From an uncultured Rikenellaceae bacterium (GTDB lineage Bacteria > Bacteroidota > Bacteroidia > Bacteroidales > VadinHA17): 64,000 bases of DNA. Of this stretch, positions 18,488 to 29,006 are shown one piece after another (position 1 is the first letter of the stretch; every line of letters begins with the position of its first letter). The notes beneath the pieces were generated by a model. That model was not told the DNA's origin and did no database searches. It saw nothing but the letters and a program-made list of their open reading frames with translations. A program made the translations under genes and the position numbers. The stretch lies in the NCBI GenBank assembly GCA_964568875.1, contig CAZMSH010000012.1, positions 28,228 to 92,227 of the forward strand, written 5' to 3'.

Positions 18488-18523
18488 GGGAGGTCTCCTG
18501 CAGCGATTGGCTGCTGGCCTCCC
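18488..18523 (+). other. intercistronic stem-loop between atpE and atpF
   Basis: GGGAGG (18488-18493) pairs with CCTCCC (18518-18523). An inner stem pairs GCAGC (18500-18504) with GCTGC (18510-18514). No T-tract follows. Confidence 0.4.
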
Positions 18524-18548
18524 CTTAATTGAAAAAACTTAATTTACC

Positions 18549-19061
18549 ATGATAACCGCCAACAGCTTAGCAACTCCGGCTTTGGGACTAATCGTCTGGA
18601 CGACAATAATATTCCTTATTTTCTTCTTTTTGCTGAGAAAATATGCATGGCCGCCGGTGCTTAATGCAATTCATGCCAGAAATGAAAGAATCAGGAGTTC
18701 TCTGCTTGCAGCTGAAAAAGCACGCGAAGAGATGATAAGACTTCAGGCAGACAATGAAGCCATTCTCCGTGAAGCAAGGGAAGAGCGTGACCAGATTGTA
18801 AGGGAGGCCAGGGAGGCTGCAGAAAAGATAGTAGCCATCTCAAGAGAGAGAGCGTCGCAAGAAGCGAATGCAATAACTGCCAAAGCAAGGCAGGCAATTG
18901 AAAGAGAAAAAGATGCTGCGATGATTGAAATCAGGCAACAGGTCGCTTCAATTTCAATGGACATAGCCTCGCGTGTTCTCCAGGAGAAATTGTCTGTCAC
19001 CGGAGAACAGGAGAAACTTATTGAAAAGTATCTCAGTGAATTTGATAAAGGCAGGAACTAA
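18549..19061 (+). CDS. atpF: F0F1 ATP synthase subunit b
   Basis: One N-terminal TM helix followed by a long charged helix, in operon position. Confidence 0.9.
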   Translation: MITANSLATPALGLIVWTTIIFLIFFFLLRKYAWPPVLNAIHARNERIRSSLLAAEKAREEMIRLQADNEAILREAREERDQIVREAREAAEKIVAISRERASQEANAITAKARQAIEREKDAAMIEIRQQVASISMDIASRVLQEKLSVTGEQEKLIEKYLSEFDKGRN

Positions 19062-19078
19062 ATTGAAACCGATCGGAG

Positions 19079-19612
19079 ATGGATGAGAGCAGAATATCGG
19101 TACGATATGCAAAGGCCCTGTTTGAGACAGCAATTGAGAAAGGATTGCTCGAACAGACAGAACAGGATATGAAGCTGCTGCTGGAGGTTGGTATGCAGCC
19201 TGATTTCCGTTACTTCACAGATGATCCTTCTATCCCTCCCGCAAAGAAAACAGAGTTCTTCATTGAAGTATTCGGCGAACATGTCGGCCAGCTCACTATC
19301 GATATTGCTTCATTGGTTATAAGAAATGGCCGTGAAAGATATCTTGCAGGTATAGCAAGAAATTATATTGCAATGAGCCGAAAACAACAGGGCATAACAA
19401 CGGTTGTACTGACTACAGCTACGGAGCCGGGAGCAAAGACAAAGGAAATGATAAGAGCCGAGATTGAGGAGACACTGAAGTCAGAAATTGATATGAAAGA
19501 AGTTGTCGATCCTGCCATCATTGGAGGTTTTGTTTTACAGATTGGAGACAGGCTCTTTGATGCAAGTGTTAAGGAAAAACTGAAGAAAATCAGAAAAGAG
19601 ATTTCAAATTAA
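19079..19612 (+). CDS. atpH: F0F1 ATP synthase subunit delta
   Basis: It has the OSCP-type start RYAKALFE, and its size and operon position fit. Confidence 0.9.
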   Translation: MDESRISVRYAKALFETAIEKGLLEQTEQDMKLLLEVGMQPDFRYFTDDPSIPPAKKTEFFIEVFGEHVGQLTIDIASLVIRNGRERYLAGIARNYIAMSRKQQGITTVVLTTATEPGAKTKEMIRAEIEETLKSEIDMKEVVDPAIIGGFVLQIGDRLFDASVKEKLKKIRKEISN

Positions 19613-19616
19613 CGAT

Positions 19617-21200
19617 ATGACTAGTATTAAACCAGCAGAAGTATCAAGAATACTAAAGGAAAAGCTTCAGGGAGTTCACACTGAAACTTCTCTTGATGAG
19701 GTTGGAACCGTAATACAGGTTGGTGACGGTATTGTAAGACTGTACGGCCTTTCAAACGTTCAATCAAACGAGCTTATCGAGTTTGAGAACGGGATTAATG
19801 CCATAGTGCTTAATCTTGAAGAGGACAATGTCGGTGCAGTATTGCTGGGACCGTCAGAGGAGATCAATGAGGGAGATATTGCCAGACGAACAGGTAGGAT
19901 AGCTTCTATAATGGTCGGTGACGGTCTGTTAGGCAGGGTCGTGAATACGCTTGGAAAACCCATTGATGCGAAAGGCCCTGTTACCGGGAAACTATATGAA
20001 ATGCCATTCGAGCGGAAAGCGCCGGGAGTGATATTCCGCCAGCCGGTCAAGCAGCCTCTTCAGACGGGCATAAAGCCAATAGACGCCATGATACCTATCG
20101 GCCGTGGTCAGCGTGAGCTCATAATTGGCGACCGACAGACAGGAAAGACAGCAATTGCCATAGATACAATTATTAACCAAAGAGAGAACTTCAGGAAGGG
20201 AAAGCCGGTATATTGCGTATATGTTGCAATAGGTCAGAAGGGATCAACAGTGGCCAACATAGCGACAACACTCGAGCAACACGGAGCACTGGAATATACG
20301 GTAATTGTTCTTGCTACTGCTGCCGATCCTGCTGCAGCACAATTCTATGCACCTTTTGCCGGGGCCGCAATAGGAGAGTTCTTCAGAGATACAGGCCGTG
20401 ATGCCCTTATTATCTATGATGATCTGTCTAAACAGGCTGTGGCTTACAGGGAAGTGTCCCTGCTGCTTCGCCGCCCTCCAGGGAGGGAAGCATATCCGGG
20501 AGACATCTTCTATCTTCACTCACGGCTGCTTGAGCGTGCCGCGAAGATCATTGAATCAGATAAGGTCGCTGCTGATATGAATGACCTTCCCGATTCCATT
20601 AAACCTTTGGTAAAGGGAGGTGGGTCTCTGACAGCTCTGCCTATCATCGAAACCCAGGCTGGTGATGTCTCTGCCTATATACCTACAAATGTCATATCAA
20701 TAACTGACGGGCAGATTTTTCTTGAATCTTCATATTTCAACGCCGGAATCCGTCCTGCAATAAACGTCGGTATATCGGTATCTCGCGTGGGAGGTAACGC
20801 CCAGATTAAATCGATGAAGAAAATTGCAGGCACACTTAAGGTTGACCAGGCTCAGTATAGGGAACTGGAAGCATTTGCTAAATTCGGTTCAGACCTGGAT
20901 AGCGCTACCCTTTCAATACTCGACAAGGGCGCCAAGAACGTCGAAATACTTAAACAAGGACTGTACAGTCCGGTTCCTGTAGAAAAGCAGGTTGCAGTGA
21001 TATATTGTGGAACGCGCGGGCTTCTCAGGGACCTGGATATAGAAAAAGTAAAGGAGTTTGAGTCTGAATACTTAATGGAGCTTGAGACATCGCATCAGGA
21101 GATTCTCGACAGGGTGAGGGAAGGCCAGATTGATGACGAAATCACTTCTGTTTTCGAGAGAACCGCTACTTTGATTCTGGAAAGAATGAAGCAGAACTGA
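19617..21200 (+). CDS. atpA: F0F1 ATP synthase subunit alpha
   Basis: Walker A motif GDRQTGKT and alpha-subunit blocks throughout. Confidence 0.97.
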   Translation: MTSIKPAEVSRILKEKLQGVHTETSLDEVGTVIQVGDGIVRLYGLSNVQSNELIEFENGINAIVLNLEEDNVGAVLLGPSEEINEGDIARRTGRIASIMVGDGLLGRVVNTLGKPIDAKGPVTGKLYEMPFERKAPGVIFRQPVKQPLQTGIKPIDAMIPIGRGQRELIIGDRQTGKTAIAIDTIINQRENFRKGKPVYCVYVAIGQKGSTVANIATTLEQHGALEYTVIVLATAADPAAAQFYAPFAGAAIGEFFRDTGRDALIIYDDLSKQAVAYREVSLLLRRPPGREAYPGDIFYLHSRLLERAAKIIESDKVAADMNDLPDSIKPLVKGGGSLTALPIIETQAGDVSAYIPTNVISITDGQIFLESSYFNAGIRPAINVGISVSRVGGNAQIKSMKKIAGTLKVDQAQYRELEAFAKFGSDLDSATLSILDKGAKNVEILKQGLYSPVPVEKQVAVIYCGTRGLLRDLDIEKVKEFESEYLMELETSHQEILDRVREGQIDDEITSVFERTATLILERMKQN

Positions 21201-21201
21201 G

Positions 21202-22086
21202 ATGGCAAATCTAAAGACGATACGGAACAGGATTGTGTCAGTAAGGTCAACAAGGCAGATAACATCGGCAATGAAGATGGTGGCTGCCGCAAAACTCCGT
21301 AAGGCACAGGACAGAATAGTGATGATGCGTCCCTATGCCGACAAGCTGAGAGAGATTTTGTCAGGCCTTGCACACAGTCTGTCTGAAACGGGAGCTGAAT
21401 GCATCTATAGCCGCAAGTCTGATCCCGAAAAGGTCCTTATCGTAGTAATTACTTCCAACAGAGGTCTTTGTGGTGGTTTCAACGCTAATGTGATCAGGGA
21501 AGTAAAGAGGCTGATAAGTGAGGATTATAATGAACAGTACCGAAGGGGAGATCTTTCATTCATTGCCATAGGAAAAAAGGGATATGATTTTCTAAGGAAA
21601 TTAGAAAACTGTGATATTGAAGAGTACAATCACCTCCTGAATAAGTTGGGCTTCGAAAGTGTCTCAAAGCTGGCATCGGCAATAATGACTGATTTTGCCA
21701 ATGCAAGATTTCATAAGGTACTTTTAGTATATAATCAGTTTAAGAATGCAGCCATTCAAAGACTATCCACAGAGGTGTTTCTTCCGGTGGAAATAGCTGA
21801 GCCTGATGACGAATCTCCTATAATCAGTGATTATATTTATGAGCCCGATCAGCAAAAGATAGTGAAGGAGCTGATTCCTAAAACACTTAAGGTGCAGTTT
21901 TACAAGGCACTTCTTGATTCTTCAGCTGCCGAACACGGCGCGAGAATGACCTCAATGCATCTGGCTACAGATAATGCAACCGAACTGATAAGAGGTTTGA
22001 CACTGCAGTACAACAAGGCCAGACAGGCATCAATCACCAGACAGATACTGGAAGTTGTCAGCGGCGCTGAGGCCCTGAAGGGCTAA
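21202..22086 (+). CDS. atpG: F0F1 ATP synthase subunit gamma
   Basis: It starts MANLKTIRNRI..V..T.QIT.AMKMVAAAKLRKAQ and ends in ITRQILEVVSGAEAL. Confidence 0.95.
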   Translation: MANLKTIRNRIVSVRSTRQITSAMKMVAAAKLRKAQDRIVMMRPYADKLREILSGLAHSLSETGAECIYSRKSDPEKVLIVVITSNRGLCGGFNANVIREVKRLISEDYNEQYRRGDLSFIAIGKKGYDFLRKLENCDIEEYNHLLNKLGFESVSKLASAIMTDFANARFHKVLLVYNQFKNAAIQRLSTEVFLPVEIAEPDDESPIISDYIYEPDQQKIVKELIPKTLKVQFYKALLDSSAAEHGARMTSMHLATDNATELIRGLTLQYNKARQASITRQILEVVSGAEALKG

Positions 22087-23786
22087 GTCTTTGCCGGGTG
22101 GAGAATTTCATATATTGATTCCGACACGTTTATGATGTGATCGCCCATTTTCTCAGCTTCACAGTAGATATCATTATAATAAACCCCGGCCAGATATGAG
22201 TATTTCTTCTTTTCAATGTTCTTCAGATGCTCGGTTTTCAACTTATTGCGAAGATCGTTTATCTGTTCTTCCACCTCAAGGGCCTTGTCAAGAACAATGT
22301 GCTTGTATCCCAGTTCAATATTTTCATGCATCACATCAAAAGCCAGCTCAATAAGGTCAAACATCTTATTGATATTATCTCTCTGTTCCTGCGAGAATGC
22401 AGACTTTGACTCAGCCTTGCGGCTTAAAGTCCTCATAATATTGTAACACGAGTCGGCTATGCTCTCAATCTCATCAATTATCTTGTACATCGATCTTATC
22501 CTTCTCGAACTGACATCGGTAATGTCACGGTTTTCAAGAATACGGGTCAGATAAGTTGCAATCTCCATCTCTATATTGTCGCTTATCTTTTCATATTTGG
22601 CAATCTTTTCAACAAACTTCTCCCGCTCCTTATTGCCTGTAGCGTTGAACATTTTCCTGAGAAATCCGAACATCCTTGCTATCCTCCGGGAATAGTGGTT
22701 TATCTCACTCTTGGCCTGCAATATTGACATCTCAGAAGTTGTCAGCAGCCCGAAACTGATGTATTTCAGCCTGAACTCTTCGTCATCCTCTTTTTGGGGA
22801 ACCATCCATATCACAATTCTTTCAATCACTCCAGCCATTCCAATCAGCAAGACAGTGTTGATAATATTGAATGAGGAGTGAAAAATTGACAGGGCAATCG
22901 GAATGCTCGTGAAGGTTTCTTCCGGAGAGCCCATTCCTGAAGAAACCATTATTGAAGAGATTGTCCTCAGGAAAAACGGCATCAACGCCAGAATCCACAA
23001 CACCCCTATCATGTTGAAAATGAAGTGTGCCCTGGCTGCCCTCTTTGACGATACATTGCCTACCAGTGCAGCTATATTGGCAGTTATTGTTGTCCCGATA
23101 TTCTCTCCCAAAACCATTGCTGCTGCAATCTCAAAAGGTATCCATCCATTATTGCACATAACAAGAGTAAGTGCCATTGTTGCTGATGACGACTGTATCA
23201 GAACAGTCAGCACCGTGCCAAGAAGAACGAACAGCAGGGTTGAGACAAATCCCATATTGGTATAGTTCTGAAGGAAGGAAAGGATCTCGGGGTGAGATTT
23301 GATATCCGGAACACTCTCCTTAAGAAATTCAAGACCAAGAAATATAAAGGCAAAGCCGATAATAAACTCACCCCAGTATCTTGTTTTGCTGCTTTTTGTA
23401 AATAGCAGCGGCATACCTATTCCAATAAGAGGTAATGACAGAACGCTGATCTTCATATTGAAACCAAGAATGGAGATAATCCATGCAGTAACAGTCGTGC
23501 CTATATTGGCTCCCATAATCACACCTATAGACTCAATAAGAGACAAGAGACCGGCGTTGACAAAGCTTACTATCATTACCGTCGTAGCCGAAGAAGATTG
23601 TATCAGTGTGGTTATCAGAAAACCGGTCAGGATACCCTTAAACCTGTTTGATGTCATGCTTGCAAGAACCTGCCGCATACGGCTTCCGGCAGCTTTCTGC
23701 AGGGCTTCACTCATTACCTTCATTCCGAAAAGAAAGAGACCGAGTGAACCAATGAGTGTCAGAAAGTCAATAATCCTGTATTCCAT
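22083..23786 (-). CDS. Na/Pi cotransporter family protein with C-terminal PhoU-like domain
   Basis: Duplicated QSSSATT/QSSSATM transporter repeats, followed by a helical PhoU-like tail. It overlaps the atpG 3' end by 4 nt (convergent). Confidence 0.8.
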   Translation of the reverse strand: MEYRIIDFLTLIGSLGLFLFGMKVMSEALQKAAGSRMRQVLASMTSNRFKGILTGFLITTLIQSSSATTVMIVSFVNAGLLSLIESIGVIMGANIGTTVTAWIISILGFNMKISVLSLPLIGIGMPLLFTKSSKTRYWGEFIIGFAFIFLGLEFLKESVPDIKSHPEILSFLQNYTNMGFVSTLLFVLLGTVLTVLIQSSSATMALTLVMCNNGWIPFEIAAAMVLGENIGTTITANIAALVGNVSSKRAARAHFIFNMIGVLWILALMPFFLRTISSIMVSSGMGSPEETFTSIPIALSIFHSSFNIINTVLLIGMAGVIERIVIWMVPQKEDDEEFRLKYISFGLLTTSEMSILQAKSEINHYSRRIARMFGFLRKMFNATGNKEREKFVEKIAKYEKISDNIEMEIATYLTRILENRDITDVSSRRIRSMYKIIDEIESIADSCYNIMRTLSRKAESKSAFSQEQRDNINKMFDLIELAFDVMHENIELGYKHIVLDKALEVEEQINDLRNKLKTEHLKNIEKKKYSYLAGVYYNDIYCEAEKMGDHIINVSESIYEILHPAKT

Positions 23787-23972
23787 TTGATGCGTGTTGG
23801 ACCGGGTTCAAATAAAATAAAATTAGCAGTCATTTTTAATAAGAACAATCATCATTTGAAACAATATTTTGCTAATAATTTACAGAAGTCAATTTAAGTA
23901 TTTGTTTTGGCAAAACAAACCTGTCTGTTCTATTGTTTTTACGATCCTGGTGCCCCGATAAGGATTAATTTT

Positions 23973-23980
23973 TAAATTTG
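23973..23980 (+). promoter_or_regulatory. Bacteroidota-type -7 box TAAATTTG
   Basis: It matches TAnnTTTG and lies 26 nt upstream of the ATG at 24006. A 9+9 palindrome TTTGTTTTG-G-CAAAACAAA lies upstream at 23901-23919. Confidence 0.4.
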
Positions 23981-24005
23981 AACTCTTTGCCTAAATAGTA
24001 CGCTA

Positions 24006-24980
24006 ATGTATACAAAGGAGGAATTAAGCGATATTATTAACAAAGCTATAACCGGTCTTCATTATAATGATGAGGCTGAAAAGCTGATTGAACCGGTGAA
24101 ATATATCCTATCGATGGGAGGCAAGAGACTCAGGCCGCTTCTGACTCTGATGACCTGCAACCTCTACAGCGATAATCCGGTTGAAGCTTTGATGCCTGCA
24201 ATAGGATTGGAAGTGTTTCATAACTTCACCCTGGTGCATGACGATATCATGGACAACGCTTCTGTCAGGAGAAACTTACCGACAGTCCACGAGAAATGGG
24301 GAGTAAATCAGGCAATATTGTCGGGTGACGTAATGGCCTTTATCGCCAACGAATGCATCGGCCAGGCTCCAATGCAGGTCCTTCCGAAAGTGTTTCGACT
24401 CTATAACCAGACAGCTACTGAGGTGTGCATAGGGCAGCAGATGGATATGGATTTCGAACGATTGTCTTTCGTTACCCGTGATCAGTATCTGAGGATGGTT
24501 GAGCTTAAGACTGCTGTCCTGATTGCTGCATGCATGAAAACAGGTGCTATTATCGGGGGGGCTTCAGACAGTGATGGTGATATGCTGTATGAATCGGGGA
24601 GAAACCTTGGTCTTGCTTTCCAGATACAGGATGATATTCTTGATGTCTATTCAGATTCAAAGCGTTTTGGTAAAGCCACAGGCGGCGATATTGTATCAAA
24701 TAAAAAAACCTACCTGCTGGTTAAGTCATTGGAACTGGCAACAGGCAACTTAAAAAAGAGGCTTAATGAATTGCTGGCAATGAAAGAGTTCGATCCGGCT
24801 GAAAAGATAAAAGAGGTTACCGCCATTTATAATTCTTTAGGCGTAAAGGAAATATCCGGGAAGCTTGCTTCCGGCTATATCGAAAAATCCTTCAGATATC
24901 TTGATGGAATATCTGTCAAGCCAGAACGCAGGGAGGTAATAGTTCAGATGTTTACTTCACTTATCGGTCGTGAAAAATAA
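24006..24980 (+). CDS. polyprenyl diphosphate synthase (trans-IPPS, GGPP/longer-chain type)
   Basis: First aspartate-rich motif LVHDDIMD and second motif QIQDDILD. Confidence 0.85.
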   Translation: MYTKEELSDIINKAITGLHYNDEAEKLIEPVKYILSMGGKRLRPLLTLMTCNLYSDNPVEALMPAIGLEVFHNFTLVHDDIMDNASVRRNLPTVHEKWGVNQAILSGDVMAFIANECIGQAPMQVLPKVFRLYNQTATEVCIGQQMDMDFERLSFVTRDQYLRMVELKTAVLIAACMKTGAIIGGASDSDGDMLYESGRNLGLAFQIQDDILDVYSDSKRFGKATGGDIVSNKKTYLLVKSLELATGNLKKRLNELLAMKEFDPAEKIKEVTAIYNSLGVKEISGKLASGYIEKSFRYLDGISVKPERREVIVQMFTSLIGREK

Positions 24981-24983
24981 CTC

Positions 24984-25583
24984 TCAGAATATTTTGGTCT
25001 CGTTCTTCTTCAACCAGTCGAGGTTAAGCAAAACTCCTGCAGTAAGCATGAACTGATCACGCTTGCTAAGTATATATTTCAGTTCCGCAAAAACATCCAG
25101 CTGCTCGGTCATCTTCATGTAAGTCCCGGCACCCAGATTAAGGCCGATTGCTGATTCTGATGATGTTGATGCCTGGTTACCATCCGGAAAACTATCCTTG
25201 AATCTCATTCTCAGTAGTGTAACATTCACTCCGCTTAGTCCGTAAAACTCAAACCTGTCAAGAGAGTTGAACACATAGTGGGCATTTATGTCAAAAAGAA
25301 ATGCTGACAGGGATTGCTTGTAAGAATATTCAATGAAATCTTCCTTAGTGACTCGTGGCATGAAGATGCTTACCGATGGTGAGATATGAAAAGGCAGGGA
25401 TATTTCATATATAGCCTTGAAGTTAATAGCCGGATTACCGGTTTTATGGCTTAAATCAATGCTTTCATCACGGAACCATACACCTGTTCCGTAAGCGAGG
25501 CCTCCGCCGGCTTTTGTCAATTGAGCTTCTGCGACGATAAATGATGCAAAGATTAAAAGGAACAAGAAGAAGACTTTTTTCAT
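24984..25583 (-). CDS. small outer-membrane beta-barrel protein
   Basis: Signal peptide MKKVFFLFLLIFASFIVAEA, amphipathic strands and a C-terminal Phe. Confidence 0.6.
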   Translation of the reverse strand: MKKVFFLFLLIFASFIVAEAQLTKAGGGLAYGTGVWFRDESIDLSHKTGNPAINFKAIYEISLPFHISPSVSIFMPRVTKEDFIEYSYKQSLSAFLFDINAHYVFNSLDRFEFYGLSGVNVTLLRMRFKDSFPDGNQASTSSESAIGLNLGAGTYMKMTEQLDVFAELKYILSKRDQFMLTAGVLLNLDWLKKNETKIF

Positions 25584-25758
25584 GGATTGGGTTTTTTTAA
25601 AAGTTGGAACTCTGTTTTATTCCTTAAATTTATGTCAAAGAATTGTATTTGCAATATTTTTTTGACAAACAACCTTTGAAGGTTGACTTAAACCTCAATA
25701 TCAAATGATAAAATGCTGCATGCAGAAACGATTTTTTGATACGGTTGGCAAAAAAAAT

Positions 25759-25766
25759 TAACTTTG
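25759..25766 (+). promoter_or_regulatory. Bacteroidota-type -7 box TAACTTTG
   Basis: It matches TAnnTTTG and lies 26 nt upstream of the atpD ATG at 25792. Confidence 0.45.
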
Positions 25767-25782
25767 TATAATTCATAATTAA

Positions 25783-27303
<1,521 letters not shown>

Positions 27304-27316
27304 AAACAGGCCTTAG

Positions 27317-27565
27317 GTGAGACTCGAGATCATAACACCAGACTCTGCGGTATATACAGGTAAGATAAGATCTGTAAGGGTCCCGGGAACAAAGGGGTCT
27401 TTTCAGATTCTCAGAGATCACGCCCCGATAATATCAACATTGGAGAACGGAACTGTTACTGTTGTGGATTTTCAGGGCAAACACCTCTTTTTTGAAATCA
27501 GCGGAGGTCTGATCGAGGTAAAGATGAATCGAATAATACTATTGGCAGAATCAGCTCATTTATAA
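27317..27565 (+). CDS. atpC: F0F1 ATP synthase subunit epsilon (short form, beta-sandwich only)
   Basis: GTG start. The 82 aa begin (M)RLEIITPD. The protein ends where the C-terminal helical hairpin of longer epsilon subunits would begin. Confidence 0.85.
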   Translation: MRLEIITPDSAVYTGKIRSVRVPGTKGSFQILRDHAPIISTLENGTVTVVDFQGKHLFFEISGGLIEVKMNRIILLAESAHL

Positions 27566-27569
27566 TATC

Positions 27570-29006
27570 ATGACTACAGAAGAATTCAGGAAATACGCCC
27601 ACGAACTTGTAGAGTGGATGGCCTGGTACATGGATAATGTTGAGACGTTTCCCGTTAAGTCACAGGTTAAACCCGGAGAAATATTTAAGGCTTTACCTGA
27701 TTCCCCGCCTCTGCAGCCTGAGAGTTTCGAGGCCCTGATGAACGATTTCAGGGATATACTGATGCCTGGCATCACTCACTGGCAGAGTCCGGGTTTTTTT
27801 GCCTATTTCCCGGCCAATAGCAGCCCCCCGTCAATACTCGCCGAGATGCTGACAGCAACAATAGGAGCTCAGTGCATGATATGGGAAACATCACCTGCAG
27901 CGGCAGAACTCGAAGAGAGAGTGATGAACTGGTTAAGAGACAGCATGGGGCTTCCGCAATCATTTGAGGGGGTAATACATGATACAGCATCAACGGCAAC
28001 ACTTACCGCAATTATTTCTGCCCGTGAAAAGATTACACGTTACAGTTACAATGAACTGGGTGCTGCAGGCAACGGCACACTCAGAATATATACATCAGCC
28101 CAGGCTCACTCTTCTGTTGAAAAGGGCGTTAAGATAGCAGGACTGGGAAGGAGGAACCTCGTTAAGGTAAGGACCAACGGAGATTATGCCATTGACACGG
28201 TAGACCTTGAGGAGTCTATAGTCAGAGACATTGCAGCCGGGTACAGACCTTGCTGTGTCATTGCAACAATAGGCACAACAGGTACAACAGCCGTTGATCC
28301 GCTGAACGAAATAGGTGAAATATGCAGTAAATATGACCTGTGGCTTCATGTTGATGCAGCCCTGGGAGGTACCGCCATGTTGTTGCCGGAGTTCAGGCAT
28401 CTTTCTGAAGGAGTCAGTCGTGCCGACAGCTTCGTATTCAATCCCCATAAATGGATGTTCACCAATTTTGATTGTTCTGTGTACTTTGTTAAAGACGCCG
28501 CACACCTGATAAATACTTTTGAAATATTGCCCGAATATTTAAAAACACGTACCAGAGGCCAGGTAAATGATTATCGCGACTGGGGTATTCCTCTCGGACG
28601 AAGGTTCAGGGCTCTCAAACTGTGGGCAGTTATCAGGTGTTATGGTCTTGAAGGCCTGAGAACAAAAATAAGAAACCATATAAACCTTGCCGCAGGGCTT
28701 TCACGGCAGATTGCTTCAGATCCATCATTTGAACTTGTTACCCGGCCGGTTTTCAATCTGGTCTGTTTCAGGTTTGCGCCCCAGAGCCTCGATCCGCTGA
28801 GATATAATGAATTGAATGAAAAACTTAACCATACGGTTAACGACACCGGCAAGATATACCTGACTCATACCGTTCTGGATGGAAACTATATACTAAGGAT
28901 GGCTGTATCACAGACTAATGTCGCTGAAAGACACGTGAATGAAGCATGGGACATCATCAGGGAGAAATCTGAGGAAATCCTGATCTCTTTCGATCGCCGA
29001 CGCTGA
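27570..29006 (+). CDS. group II PLP-dependent decarboxylase, aromatic-L-amino-acid decarboxylase-like
   Basis: It has the DDC-type N-terminus (HWQSPGFFAYFPANSS, SPAAAELE) and the PLP-lysine motif NPHKW. It starts 4 nt after the atpC stop. Confidence 0.85.
   Translation: MTTEEFRKYAHELVEWMAWYMDNVETFPVKSQVKPGEIFKALPDSPPLQPESFEALMNDFRDILMPGITHWQSPGFFAYFPANSSPPSILAEMLTATIGAQCMIWETSPAAAELEERVMNWLRDSMGLPQSFEGVIHDTASTATLTAIISAREKITRYSYNELGAAGNGTLRIYTSAQAHSSVEKGVKIAGLGRRNLVKVRTNGDYAIDTVDLEESIVRDIAAGYRPCCVIATIGTTGTTAVDPLNEIGEICSKYDLWLHVDAALGGTAMLLPEFRHLSEGVSRADSFVFNPHKWMFTNFDCSVYFVKDAAHLINTFEILPEYLKTRTRGQVNDYRDWGIPLGRRFRALKLWAVIRCYGLEGLRTKIRNHINLAAGLSRQIASDPSFELVTRPVFNLVCFRFAPQSLDPLRYNELNEKLNHTVNDTGKIYLTHTVLDGNYILRMAVSQTNVAERHVNEAWDIIREKSEEILISFDRRR

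Noticed and set aside
23795-23815. GGGTTCAAAT, reminiscent of a tRNA T-loop
   Set aside because: The flanking sequence cannot form the T-stem or an acceptor stem. No tRNA-like cloverleaf could be drawn anywhere in the window.
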